The notes under the pieces: model-generated
Databases searched by the model: none
The model's input: the letters and a program-made list of their open reading frames with translations, nothing else
Told to the model about the DNA's origin: nothing
Program-made: the position numbers and the translations under genes
Assembly (NCBI GenBank): GCA_963716415.1
Contig: OY970311.1
Location: 1,054,931-1,118,930 of the forward strand
From: Vulcanimicrobiota bacterium
Lineage (GTDB): Bacteria > Vulcanimicrobiota > Vulcanimicrobiia > Vulcanimicrobiales > Vulcanimicrobiaceae
DNA length: 64,000 bases
Direction: 5' to 3'
Part shown: one piece after another, positions 38,126-46,944 of the stretch
How positions within the stretch are numbered: the first letter of the stretch is position 1
Layout: each line of letters begins with the position of its first letter

Positions 38126-38922
38126 CTCAGCTTGTTGCTGCTGAACAACGCGAGATAACAGCCCGGCGCAATGCCGAGGCTAGCTTGGATCGGTTCGAGT
38201 TCGCACAGGCCGAGCGTGCGGTGACGCACGATGAACGCCGGGACGCCCGGCGGCAACACTTCCCAGTCGTTCCAGATCCGCACGAAATCCGGTTCGCGCA
38301 TCATCGTCGAGAGCAACTCGTCGAAATGCTTGTCGCCGTGATAGGTTGCGTACAGGTTGCGGAAGACCGCGACGCAGCCACGTGACGCCGTCTCCCAATC
38401 GACGTACAGCTGCCGCCGCGACGGATCGAAGAACATGCGCCACAGCACGTTACGCGAGAGCAGATTGCCGCCTGGGTGATAATCGAAGATCTCGGCCAAC
38501 TGCGAATTCCAGACCAGCAGATCCAGACGCGGCGTGGCAACATAGGCCGGTGCTTCGCGGTGCAACTCGACGAGCTTACGCAGCGCGTCGGGAATCTCCG
38601 GATCGAGCGTGCACACCTGCGGCGGCACATCCGATGCCAGCACTTTCAAGTAGGCGATCTCCGGCGGCGTGAGCAGTAGCGCACGGCCGATCTCGTCGAT
38701 CACATCGAGTGAAAAGTTGATCTCCCGCGCTTGCTCTATCCAGGTGTACCAGGTAGTCGAGATGCCTGCTAGTTTGGCGACCTCTTCGCGCCGCAAACCG
38801 GCCACGTGCCGGCGGGCCGAATCGTCCTCGAGCCCCACATCAACCGGGCGTAACGCACCGCGCCGCGCCCGCAAAAATAAACCGAGGTCAGAACGCCGGG
38901 AGAAGGTCGGGGCTTCGAGCAT
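38122..38922 (-). CDS. MmyB-like XRE family transcriptional regulator
   Basis: 'LGLFLRARRGAL..GLRREEVAKLAGISTTWYTWIEQAR' plus a C-terminal MmyB-like ligand-binding region. Confidence 0.75.
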   Translation of the reverse strand: MLEAPTFSRRSDLGLFLRARRGALRPVDVGLEDDSARRHVAGLRREEVAKLAGISTTWYTWIEQAREINFSLDVIDEIGRALLLTPPEIAYLKVLASDVPPQVCTLDPEIPDALRKLVELHREAPAYVATPRLDLLVWNSQLAEIFDYHPGGNLLSRNVLWRMFFDPSRRQLYVDWETASRGCVAVFRNLYATYHGDKHFDELLSTMMREPDFVRIWNDWEVLPPGVPAFIVRHRTLGLCELEPIQASLGIAPGCYLALFSSNKLS

Positions 38923-38977
38923 GCAGTTCTCCGTGTGAGCAAGGAGGCGCTTTTGCCCACCTTTGCCACCTTGGTCC

Positions 38978-40324
38978 CTAAGCCTCCAATGGAAAGCGCA
39001 TTGTGACCTTGGTCCCGATCTCGGCCCCGCTCTCCAAAGCGATCGAGCCGCCCATGCGTTCGACTGCTCGCTTTGCTATCGCCAGGCCCAGGCCCGAGCC
39101 GTCGACCTCCCCATGCGAGCCGCCGCGATAGAACCGGTCGAAGGCGTGCTCGACGTCGATCGTGTCCATCCCCGGCCCGTGATCGGCCACCTCGAGGACG
39201 GCGCTTTGGCCCTCGCGACCCACCCGCACCTCGACCGGCGAGGCAGGCGCGTAGCGCACCGCGTTTTCGACCACGTTCTTGACCGCTTCGTAGAGCTCGC
39301 CGTCGTCGCCGAATACTACCGCAGCACCGTCGCCGGCGAGCTGCAGCCGTTCGCCGGCGAGCGGGCGCAACGCATCGACGGCGCGCGCAGCAACCGAATT
39401 CAAGTCGATCTCATCGTTCACCGAGACGTCCTCGCGCTCGAGACGCGCAAGCAGAATCAGTTTTTCGATGATGCGGCGCATCTTGCGGCTTTCATCGAGC
39501 ATCGTTTCGTGCACGCGGCGCACACCCTCGCCGTCTTGCACGACGCCCGATTGCAGCGCATCGAGATAGCCCATGAAAATCGTCAGCGGCGTGCGCAGTT
39601 CGTGTCCCGCATCGGCGATGAACTGGCGCATCTGCTGCTCGTGACGGCGCCGCTCGTAGGTTGCGGCGTTTAATCGCTGGGCTACCTCGTTGTACGTCTG
39701 GGTCAGCTCGTGTAAACTGCTGTCGCTTTCGAGCAAGAGCTTGGGCGTGAAATCGCCTTCGGCGATCGAGCGCAACGCATCGTTGACTGCGCGCAGCGGA
39801 CGCAGCGCGCGTCCGGTGATCGTGCGGCCGGCAAGCCACGCGATTAAGACCGCGAGCACACCGATCGGTAGGATGCGCCCCCAGTAGCGCAGGAGCGAGC
39901 GCGAAAAGTCGGCGACGTCGGGTTCGAGCACGATCGTGCCGCCGCCCGGTACGCCGACAAAACGCGGCCGCAAGGCGAGCGCTGCAGCAATAAGCCGTTG
40001 GCTATCGTCGAGTTGCGCGGAAGCCCCGGCAACGACGCCATGCTGCGGACCGAGCACGAGAATTCGCGATTTCGCGTTGGGCTCGTCGGCGATGACCTTC
40101 GGCGCGAGTCGCGCCAGCGTGAGATGCTGCGCGGTCAGATCGTGCACACGCGCCTGCATGCGAGCTTGCGCGGCGTCGATCGACTGATTGAACGTCGTGG
40201 CGAAACCGATGATGAAAAACGCCGACGAGGCGCCGGCGACCAGCGCAATCAGCGCGACCGCTAAGATAACGTAGCCGCGCGTGATCCGTCGCGAAAAATT
40301 CCGAAAGGTCGGTTCAGTCGGCAC
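38978..40324 (-). CDS. sensor histidine kinase (TM-HAMP-HisKA-HATPase)
   Basis: H-box 'AGHELRTPLT', 'DHGPGM', 'GSGLGLAIAKRAV'. Confidence 0.85.
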   Translation of the reverse strand: MPTEPTFRNFSRRITRGYVILAVALIALVAGASSAFFIIGFATTFNQSIDAAQARMQARVHDLTAQHLTLARLAPKVIADEPNAKSRILVLGPQHGVVAGASAQLDDSQRLIAAALALRPRFVGVPGGGTIVLEPDVADFSRSLLRYWGRILPIGVLAVLIAWLAGRTITGRALRPLRAVNDALRSIAEGDFTPKLLLESDSSLHELTQTYNEVAQRLNAATYERRRHEQQMRQFIADAGHELRTPLTIFMGYLDALQSGVVQDGEGVRRVHETMLDESRKMRRIIEKLILLARLEREDVSVNDEIDLNSVAARAVDALRPLAGERLQLAGDGAAVVFGDDGELYEAVKNVVENAVRYAPASPVEVRVGREGQSAVLEVADHGPGMDTIDVEHAFDRFYRGGSHGEVDGSGLGLAIAKRAVERMGGSIALESGAEIGTKVTMRFPLEA

Positions 40325-40997
40325 GGAGGGTGTATCCGGCGCCGCGCACCGTTTGAATCAGCGGCCGCGCGAACCCCTCGTCGACCTTGGTGCGCAGATA
40401 GGAGATGTAGCGCTCGACCGCGTTCTGACCCACGTCTTTCTCATTTCCCCACACGAGGTCGAGCAATTCATCGCGGGTGAAGACGCGGCGGGGACGGCGC
40501 AGCAGCGTCACCAGCAGATCGTACTCGAGCGGTGAGAGTTCGAGGCGCTTGCCCGCGCGAATGACGATGTGTTCGTCGAGATTGATGCTGATGTCGTCGT
40601 AGGCGATGACGTTGCGGTTTTCGAGGTGCGGGCGGCGCAGCTTGGCGTCGATGTGCGCGATGAGTTCCTGCATTTCGAACGGCTTACTGAGATAGTCGTC
40701 GGCGCCGTGGGTGAGGCCCTCGACCTTGGTGTCGACCTCGCCGCGGGCGGAGAGCATGACGACCGGCGCGTCGGTGACCCGGCGCAGCATGGGGAGGAGC
40801 TCGATGCCGCTGACCATGGGCATCATGACGTCGAGCACGATGACGTCCGGGGACCACTCCTTGACCAGATCCAGCCCAGCCGGCCCGTCGGCTGCGGTCC
40901 GGACCGCGTAGCCGTGGTGGCCCAGGGTGAGCTCGAGGAGCTCGCGGATGCGAGGTTCGTCGTCGATGATCGCGATGCGCGGCTTGGTTTCAGGCAT
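40314..40997 (-). CDS. OmpR family response regulator
   Basis: REC 'IAIIDDE..DVIVLDVMMP' plus winged helix 'LSPLEYDLLVTLL...VRGAGYTL'. Confidence 0.9.
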   Translation of the reverse strand: MPETKPRIAIIDDEPRIRELLELTLGHHGYAVRTAADGPAGLDLVKEWSPDVIVLDVMMPMVSGIELLPMLRRVTDAPVVMLSARGEVDTKVEGLTHGADDYLSKPFEMQELIAHIDAKLRRPHLENRNVIAYDDISINLDEHIVIRAGKRLELSPLEYDLLVTLLRRPRRVFTRDELLDLVWGNEKDVGQNAVERYISYLRTKVDEGFARPLIQTVRGAGYTLRAD

Positions 40998-41056
40998 ACA
41001 GTTAAATACTGGTACCCCGGCTTGAGACTTCCTGGAGAGGGGCCGAAAAAGAGAGT

Positions 41057-42079
41057 ATGTCGAGGGTCGTGGTGATCGATGATTACGAGCCGACGCTGCG
41101 CATGTATGCGGCGGCGATCGAAAAGATGCTCGGGGGCGAAGTGGTGCCCTTTACCGACCCGCGCGAAGCGCTGCACTATCTCGGCGGCATGGAACCCACG
41201 CTGTGCGTGGTGGACTATAGCATGCCCGATATGGACGGCGTGGCCTTCGTGCAAGAACTGCGCGGCGTGCCCGGACGCGAGCGCACGCCGATCATCATGC
41301 TCACCGGCAAAGACGATCGCGATCTCAAATCACGCGCGCTGGATGCGGGCGTCAGCGTCTTTCTCAATAAGCCGGTGAGCGCGGAAGAATTCGCCGGCCA
41401 CGTGCGGCGTTTAGCCACGCAACAGACCGCGCAGACCGATCGCGCCGACGAATTGCGCGAACTCAAGGAGCGCGCCGAAGCGGCCGACCGCCGCGTGCAT
41501 CAGCGTTCGCGCGACGCACTCGATGCTATCGCTCGCGCCTACGCTGCGCGCGATCCCGAAGGCGCGACGCGCATGAAACTCGCCGGCGAAATTGCGGTGA
41601 TGCTGGCGATCGAGATGCGTTGCTCGGTGGCCGACGTGCAACTGCTGCGCGAAGCCGCGCACGTGTACGATGTCGGCAAGCTGGCGGTTTCGGAGAAGAT
41701 TCTCACGACCACGGCACTGCTCTCGCCGGCGTCGCGAGCGGCAATCGAGCGTCACGCCGAAGCCGGCGCTGAGATTCTCTCGGTTTCGGAATCACGGTTG
41801 CTCAGCGCCGCCTCGACGATGGCGCGCACGCATCACGAACGCTGGGACGGGATGGGTTATCCGCGCAAGCTCAAGGGCGAAGCGATTCCACTTTCGGGAC
41901 GCATCATCGCGGTGGCCGACGCGCTGGTCGCGATGACCAACGCGCGGGCAGATCGTCCGGCGATGACCTTTGGCCACGCGCTCGATCAGATCAAACGCGA
42001 GAGCGGCACCCACTTCGATCCGAACATCGTGTCAGCTTTCGAGCGGATCAAAGACCGCGTATCGCAGCTTCGTTCATAG
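41057..42079 (+). CDS. response regulator with HD-GYP domain (HD dyad appears degenerate)
   Basis: REC 'VVVIDDYE..LCVVDYSMPDMDG', 'HHERWDGMGYP', and 'AAHVYDVGKLAV' where canonical proteins have 'HDIGK'. Confidence 0.85.
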   Translation: MSRVVVIDDYEPTLRMYAAAIEKMLGGEVVPFTDPREALHYLGGMEPTLCVVDYSMPDMDGVAFVQELRGVPGRERTPIIMLTGKDDRDLKSRALDAGVSVFLNKPVSAEEFAGHVRRLATQQTAQTDRADELRELKERAEAADRRVHQRSRDALDAIARAYAARDPEGATRMKLAGEIAVMLAIEMRCSVADVQLLREAAHVYDVGKLAVSEKILTTTALLSPASRAAIERHAEAGAEILSVSESRLLSAASTMARTHHERWDGMGYPRKLKGEAIPLSGRIIAVADALVAMTNARADRPAMTFGHALDQIKRESGTHFDPNIVSAFERIKDRVSQLRS

Positions 42080-42114
42080 CCGGCGTCACGCCATGCCGTA
42101 GCAACGCCCGCACG

Positions 42115-42996
42115 TTAAACACGGCCGCACAGGCGAAGGCAACGAGGCCGATGACCAGCGAGGCAATGGCGATTTGGTTGATCCGCGGCTGCGCAAGGAT
42201 GAGCGTCCCTCCGCGCAGCGCGAGTGCGCAACCGAGCGCTAGCGCTGCGTTGACCACTGCGATATGCGATGTCGCGCATGCGGCTCCATAAGGGCACGAC
42301 GAGCGTCACGAGATTGACCAGTGCAAGGACAGCGGTACCGATAATCGCGACGGCATAGAGCGGGAGCCACGCAGCGCTGAACGTGACGTTCGGTAGCGCC
42401 GCGCCGGCCGGACCGCAGAGCATGAAGAGCACCAGCATGCCGGCGCAGCCGAGCGCTCCAAACAAACTCGCGTTACGCGGCACGCCGATGCTGCCGCTCT
42501 TGGGCAGGCGTCGCGGATCCCAGCGCGTGATCCAAGCAATCCACGGCGATGCGGCGGCGCCCGGCACGCGTTCCAGGAACGCAAAGATCGCGGTAATGAC
42601 GCCGGTGTAGATCCACAGCGCGTCCCACGCGATGCCGGCGCCTTCCCAAAACCGATGGACGTCGCCGGTTTTAACCGCCGCGACCGTCGCAACGAACAAA
42701 TCCAGCGCAATGACAATCGAAAGCACGCAAACGAGCGTGGGCCAATAGAACGGCAGCAAGTCGGGTCCGATGAGCGCCTGATACTTTCCGTATCTTGCAG
42801 CGACGAGACGCGGATGGCCGTACGCTTTGATGAGCGCGGCTTCTTCATCGGCGGTGAGCGCGCGGCCGAGCGCATCTTCGCGTTCGTCGATTTGCGTTTG
42901 CAGCGCTTCGCCGATTTCGGCAATGATGTCGTCGCGTTGACTGGCTTTTGGCAAGTCGTTGTAGACGGCGTAGAGATAGCGGCTGAGCATGTCCAT
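42115..42996 (-). CDS. PadR-associated HAAS/DUF1700-like membrane protein (C-terminus uncertain)
   Basis: 'YLYAVYNDLPKASQRDDIIAEIGEALQTQIDE...IKAYGHP' followed by TM segments. The last 55 or so residues are Arg-rich, while the overlapping frame 42048..42257 is hydrophobic. Confidence 0.5.
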   Translation of the reverse strand: MDMLSRYLYAVYNDLPKASQRDDIIAEIGEALQTQIDEREDALGRALTADEEAALIKAYGHPRLVAARYGKYQALIGPDLLPFYWPTLVCVLSIVIALDLFVATVAAVKTGDVHRFWEGAGIAWDALWIYTGVITAIFAFLERVPGAAASPWIAWITRWDPRRLPKSGSIGVPRNASLFGALGCAGMLVLFMLCGPAGAALPNVTFSAAWLPLYAVAIIGTAVLALVNLVTLVVPLWSRMRDIAYRSGQRSASARLRTRAARRDAHPCAAADQPNRHCLAGHRPRCLRLCGRV

Positions 42997-42998
42997 CG

Positions 42999-43352
42999 TT
43001 ATGACTCCGAAGTGATCCGTTCTAATGATGCATTGATGCGGCGGAGTTCGTCGGTGAGTTGGTCGAGGATCAGCTCGCCCGCCGGTGAGAGCCGGTAGAA
43101 GCGCTTGCGGCGCTTGTTTTCTTCACGCCACTCGCTGGCCAAGAGCCCCTGGGTCTCCAGGCGACGCAAGAGCGGGTAGAGCGTGCCCTCGTCGATCTCG
43201 AGCCCGGCCTCCTCGAGCGCTTTGCGCAGGGTGTAGCCGTAGCGCTCGGTGCGCAGTTGGGCTAGCACCGCGAGGGTGAGGCACCCCCGCCGCAGTTCCA
43301 GGCGCAAGTTTTCGAAGAGCCCGGGAAGTTGACCATTGATGCTGTGTTCCAT
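42999..43352 (-). CDS. PadR family transcriptional regulator
   Basis: 'RGCLTLAVLAQLRTERYGYTLRKALEEAGLEIDEGTLYPLLRRLETQGLL'. Confidence 0.85.
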   Translation of the reverse strand: MEHSINGQLPGLFENLRLELRRGCLTLAVLAQLRTERYGYTLRKALEEAGLEIDEGTLYPLLRRLETQGLLASEWREENKRRKRFYRLSPAGELILDQLTDELRRINASLERITSES

Positions 43353-43358
43353 ATCCTA

Positions 43359-43369
43359 TGTGTTACACA
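43359..43369. promoter_or_regulatory. palindrome TGTGT-T-ACACA in the PadR / HTH-MNT divergent intergenic region
   Basis: Read directly from the sequence. It lies 7 nt upstream of the PadR start codon. Confidence 0.35.
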
Positions 43370-43397
43370 GTATACGGCGCACAGGCTTTGTGGTCAA

Positions 43398-43406
43398 TGC
43401 TATACT
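43398..43406 (+). promoter_or_regulatory. extended -10 element TGcTATACT, 7 nt upstream of the ATG at 43414 (possible leaderless transcript)
   Basis: Sequence 'aaTGcTATACTttgctacATG'. No Shine-Dalgarno motif fits in between. Confidence 0.4.
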
Positions 43407-43413
43407 TTGCTAC

Positions 43414-43941
43414 ATGGAGCGTACTATAGGACTCGGAGACCGGATCCATGCGCGACGCAGACAGGTCGGCATCTCGGCCGGTCGCCTTGCATCTGCTGTG
43501 GGCGTGACCGAGAATGCGATTCGTAAGCTAGAGTCGGGTGAAACAGCCGAGCCGCGCTTCAATACGGGGATGCGTATCGCTGAGGCCTTGGAGATGTCGC
43601 CCGAGGAGCTAGCGGGCGGCGCAGCTCGATCGCGTAACGCACCCGAGCTTGCGAAAGTCATCGGCGCAATTCGTTCAATACGAGACGCGCTCGAGCGCGA
43701 AGGCGTCGAACATCTCGACATTTTTGGGTCCGTCGCTCGCGGTGATGCCGGTCCGGAAAGTGACGTCGATGTGATCGTCACGCCGCGTGCGGACGCACGC
43801 TTCTCACTCTTTAACCTCTCCGCAGTGGGTAGCTCCCTCGAAGATGCGCTCGCGCGAAAAGTTGATATCGTCACGCCCTATACAGTGAAGAACTCGAAGC
43901 GCCTGCAAGGTGCGCTCGAGTATGCGGTCCGTGCATTCTAA
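43414..43941 (+). CDS. XRE-HTH fused to a MNT-type nucleotidyltransferase (MntA-like antitoxin)
   Basis: 'LGDRIHARRRQVGISAGRLASAVGVTENAIRKLESGE' followed by NTase 'IFGSVARGDAGPESDVDVIV'. Confidence 0.75.
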   Translation: MERTIGLGDRIHARRRQVGISAGRLASAVGVTENAIRKLESGETAEPRFNTGMRIAEALEMSPEELAGGAARSRNAPELAKVIGAIRSIRDALEREGVEHLDIFGSVARGDAGPESDVDVIVTPRADARFSLFNLSAVGSSLEDALARKVDIVTPYTVKNSKRLQGALEYAVRAF

Positions 43942-44278
43942 GCCTTCGCGTGAGGAACGCATTCGCAATTGGTGCGATGACGCGATCAAAGCCATCGAAA
44001 GGATCACTTCGTTCATCGATGGCATGGACTTCGAAACATATCAAGCGGACATCAAGACGATAAGTGCCGTCGAACGCCAGCTTTTTATTATCGCCGAGGT
44101 TATTACGCGAATACCGGAATTCGCTTTAACCCATGAATCCGCATATCAAGTCCGCGGTTTGGCAAACCGGCTGCGCCACGAGTACGATGCAATTGACCCG
44201 CGTATCATTTGGGACGCGGTCTCTGGGCAACCACTCGCAGATCTGCGCGCCGCCTTCATTGCCTTCTCGCCGAAATAG
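43910..44278 (+). CDS. HepT-like (DUF86, HEPN) RNase toxin
   Basis: HEPN R-x4-H motif 'RLRHEYDAID'. It overlaps the MNT gene by 32 nt; an alternative ATG is at 43922. Confidence 0.75.
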   Translation: MRSSMRSVHSKPSREERIRNWCDDAIKAIERITSFIDGMDFETYQADIKTISAVERQLFIIAEVITRIPEFALTHESAYQVRGLANRLRHEYDAIDPRIIWDAVSGQPLADLRAAFIAFSPK

Positions 44279-44343
44279 AAGCGGACCCCAGCAGAGGAAC
44301 AGAAGCTGGGGCCCGCCTTTGTGGACGCTTCCTTGCGCCCGCC

Positions 44344-45564
44344 CTATTCGAAGCGCAGGGCCTCGATGGGGTTCAATCCCGCCGCTTTCTTCGCCGGATA
44401 GTATCCGAAGAAGATCCCGACGAGCGCCGAGAAGGCGATCGAGAACAGGACCCACGCGATCGGAATCTGCGTAGGCCACTTTGCAAGTGCGGCCACGACG
44501 AACGTGCCGATGAATCCGGCAATCACGCCGATCACACCGCCACAGGCCGCGAGCACCGTCGCCTCGGTGAGGAACTGCCGCAGAATCGTTGCACTGCGCG
44601 CGCCGACCGACATGCGTAGACCGATTTCACGCGTGCGCTCGGTTACCGAGACCATCATGATGTTCATGATACCGATGCCGCCGACGATCAGCGAGACCGC
44701 CGCAACGCCCGCGAGCAAGAACTCCATCACCGCACCGGTCGACGAAGCGGCCGCGGCGATCGATTGCAGGTTACGCACCTGGAAATCGTCGGGGCGTCCC
44801 GCCGTGATGGCGTGGCGTTGTTCGAGCAACGTCGTCACTTCGGTTTGCACCGGAGCGATTTCGTCGGTGGTGGTGGCCGAAACCATCAACTGGTTGACCG
44901 TGGTTTGTCCGGTGATGCGCTGCATCGCCGAGGTGTAGGGAATCAGCACGGTGTCGTCTTGATCGGTGCCGAGGCTGCTTTGGCCCAGCGGCGTGAGCGT
45001 CCCCACGACGGTGAACGGCACGCCTTTGATCAGGATCGTCTGCCCGATCGGGTTTTGGCCGCTGGGGAAGAGTTGCGACACGTCAGTTTGGCCGAGCACC
45101 GCCACTTTGGCGGCGTCGTTGACGTCGTTTTCGGTGAAGAACGAACCGCTGGCCATCGGCCAGGTGCGAATCTGCGCGTACGTCGGTGCAACACCGGTGA
45201 CGGTGGTCTGCCAGTTGTTCCCGCCGGCGACGACTTGCGCGCGGATCGTGACCGCGGGCGAAACCGCCGAGACACCGGGCAGCTGCGCGATGGCCATGCC
45301 GTCAGCCGGCGTCAACGTCGACGCGGTACCAAATCCGCCGCGTGCGCCCGAGCTCGTAACGCTACCGGGCTGCACGACGATCAAATTGGAACCGAGCGAG
45401 CTGATGCTCTGCTGCACGGAGACACGCGCGCCGCTGCCGATCGCAACGGTGACGATCACCGCCGCGACACCGATCACGATGCCGAGCATGGTGAGCATCG
45501 AACGCACCTTGTTGCGCACCAGCGCTTGGAGCGCCAGGCGGAAAATGCCTTTGAAGTCGCTCAT
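44344..45564 (-). CDS. MacB-type ABC transporter permease (FtsX-like)
   Basis: N-terminal TM, large periplasmic domain, C-terminal FtsX region 'ERTREIGLRMSVGA'. Confidence 0.85.
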   Translation of the reverse strand: MSDFKGIFRLALQALVRNKVRSMLTMLGIVIGVAAVIVTVAIGSGARVSVQQSISSLGSNLIVVQPGSVTSSGARGGFGTASTLTPADGMAIAQLPGVSAVSPAVTIRAQVVAGGNNWQTTVTGVAPTYAQIRTWPMASGSFFTENDVNDAAKVAVLGQTDVSQLFPSGQNPIGQTILIKGVPFTVVGTLTPLGQSSLGTDQDDTVLIPYTSAMQRITGQTTVNQLMVSATTTDEIAPVQTEVTTLLEQRHAITAGRPDDFQVRNLQSIAAAASSTGAVMEFLLAGVAAVSLIVGGIGIMNIMMVSVTERTREIGLRMSVGARSATILRQFLTEATVLAACGGVIGVIAGFIGTFVVAALAKWPTQIPIAWVLFSIAFSALVGIFFGYYPAKKAAGLNPIEALRFE

Positions 45565-46274
45565 GCTGCACGCTCCTCTTTGAGCGTGTCACTCACGACG
45601 TGCCCGTCGCGGAAGGTCACGATGCGTTTGGCATGTGCCGCGATGTCGGGTTCGTGGGTGACGAGCATGATCGTAATGCCTTGCTCTTCGTTGAGTTCTT
45701 TGAAGATGCGCATCACGTCTTCGCTGGTTTTGGTGTCGAGTGCGCCAGTCGGCTCGTCGGCAAGGATGAGCCCCGGATTATTCACCAGCGAACGCGCGAT
45801 GGCGACACGCTGTTGCTGCCCGCCCGACATTTGATTGGGGTGATGTGCCGCCAGATGCGCGACGCCGACGATGCCCATCTTCTCGTGCGCGATGCGCGCA
45901 CGTTCATCGGCGGGCACGCCCGCGTACACCATCGGCAGTTCGACGTTTTCTTGCGCGCTCGTGCGCGAGAGCAAATTATAGGCTTGAAAAACGAAGCCGA
46001 GACGGCGGCTGCGAATGTCGGCACGCGCATCGCCATCCAAATGCGAGACGTCGGTGCCTTCGAAAAAATACTGGCCGCTCGTCGGATTGTCGAGCAGTCC
46101 GGTGATCTGCATGAACGTCGATTTGCCCGAGCCCGAAGGTCCCATGACGGCGACGAATTCGCCGGCGCGGATCTCGAGATCGATGCCCGCAAGCGCGATG
46201 ACCTGACTGTCGCCGAGCGAGTAGACTTTTCGCAAGCCTTCCACGCGCACGACTGGTTCTGATACTTGTTCCAC
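45561..46274 (-). CDS. ABC transporter ATP-binding protein (MacB/LolD type)
   Basis: 'GPSGSGKST', 'MSGGQQQRVAIARSL', 'ILADEPTGALD'. I prefer the GTG at 46274 (GGAGG 7 nt upstream). The ORF track start at 46331 is TTG. Confidence 0.9.
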   Translation of the reverse strand: MEQVSEPVVRVEGLRKVYSLGDSQVIALAGIDLEIRAGEFVAVMGPSGSGKSTFMQITGLLDNPTSGQYFFEGTDVSHLDGDARADIRSRRLGFVFQAYNLLSRTSAQENVELPMVYAGVPADERARIAHEKMGIVGVAHLAAHHPNQMSGGQQQRVAIARSLVNNPGLILADEPTGALDTKTSEDVMRIFKELNEEQGITIMLVTHEPDIAAHAKRIVTFRDGHVVSDTLKEERAA

Positions 46275-46419
46275 GATCTGTTCCTCCACAACACATCGTA
46301 GGACGCCGGCTTGAGGGCTCGTGGCTAGCAAGGTTAGTGGAGGGTGAGAAGGGCCTCCGCGGACACTAGACAGCTAGCGGTCCCCGGCGTGATATGGTCG
46401 TGGTGAGGAATCGAACGAG

Positions 46420-46941
46420 ATGCACCACGCGATCGACGAGAAGCCCTATACCGAGATTCTGGCCGGCCGGCTGGTCCGCAAGGTGAGCCCGCAGCGCCGC
46501 CACGCCCTATTGCAGCTTCGGCTGGGCGCGCTTGTCGCGCGGCTTGCCGGCGGGCGCGGCGACGTCGGAACCGAGTGGCGCTTCTACATGAATGCGCCGC
46601 ACGTTCCGCGGACGTCGCTCGTTCCGGATATCGCGTTCGTCGCGCGCGAGCGACTCGACGCGCTTGCGCCGGCGAAGCGCGAACAACCGCCACTCTCGCC
46701 CGATGTGGCGATCGAGATCCGCTCGCCCAACGATCGCCTCGCAAACGTAGAGTGGAAGATGCGCGCATATCTCGAGCTGGGCGGAACCCTCGCGCTCGAC
46801 GTGATTGCAGAAGCCGAGGAGATCCGCGCCTTCACTCGCGACGGGATGAAAATATTCGGGCACGGCGATCGCTTTGCGTGCGAAGCCGTGCCCTGGCTGG
46901 AGTTCGATATCGCGGAGATCTTCGCCGACCTGCGCGACTAA
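46420..46941 (+). CDS. Uma2 family (DUF820) PD-(D/E)xK endonuclease-like protein
   Basis: 'LVPDIAFV...PDVAIEIRSPND...K...YLELG' pattern. Confidence 0.7.
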   Translation: MHHAIDEKPYTEILAGRLVRKVSPQRRHALLQLRLGALVARLAGGRGDVGTEWRFYMNAPHVPRTSLVPDIAFVARERLDALAPAKREQPPLSPDVAIEIRSPNDRLANVEWKMRAYLELGGTLALDVIAEAEEIRAFTRDGMKIFGHGDRFACEAVPWLEFDIAEIFADLRD

Positions 46942-46944
46942 CGG

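Noticed and set aside
44764-45834. 356-aa plus-strand ORF, and likewise 47026..48432 (468 aa)
   Set aside because: They are antisense to the MacB permease/ATPase genes and the MacA adaptor gene respectively, with Arg/Gly/Asp-rich composition.
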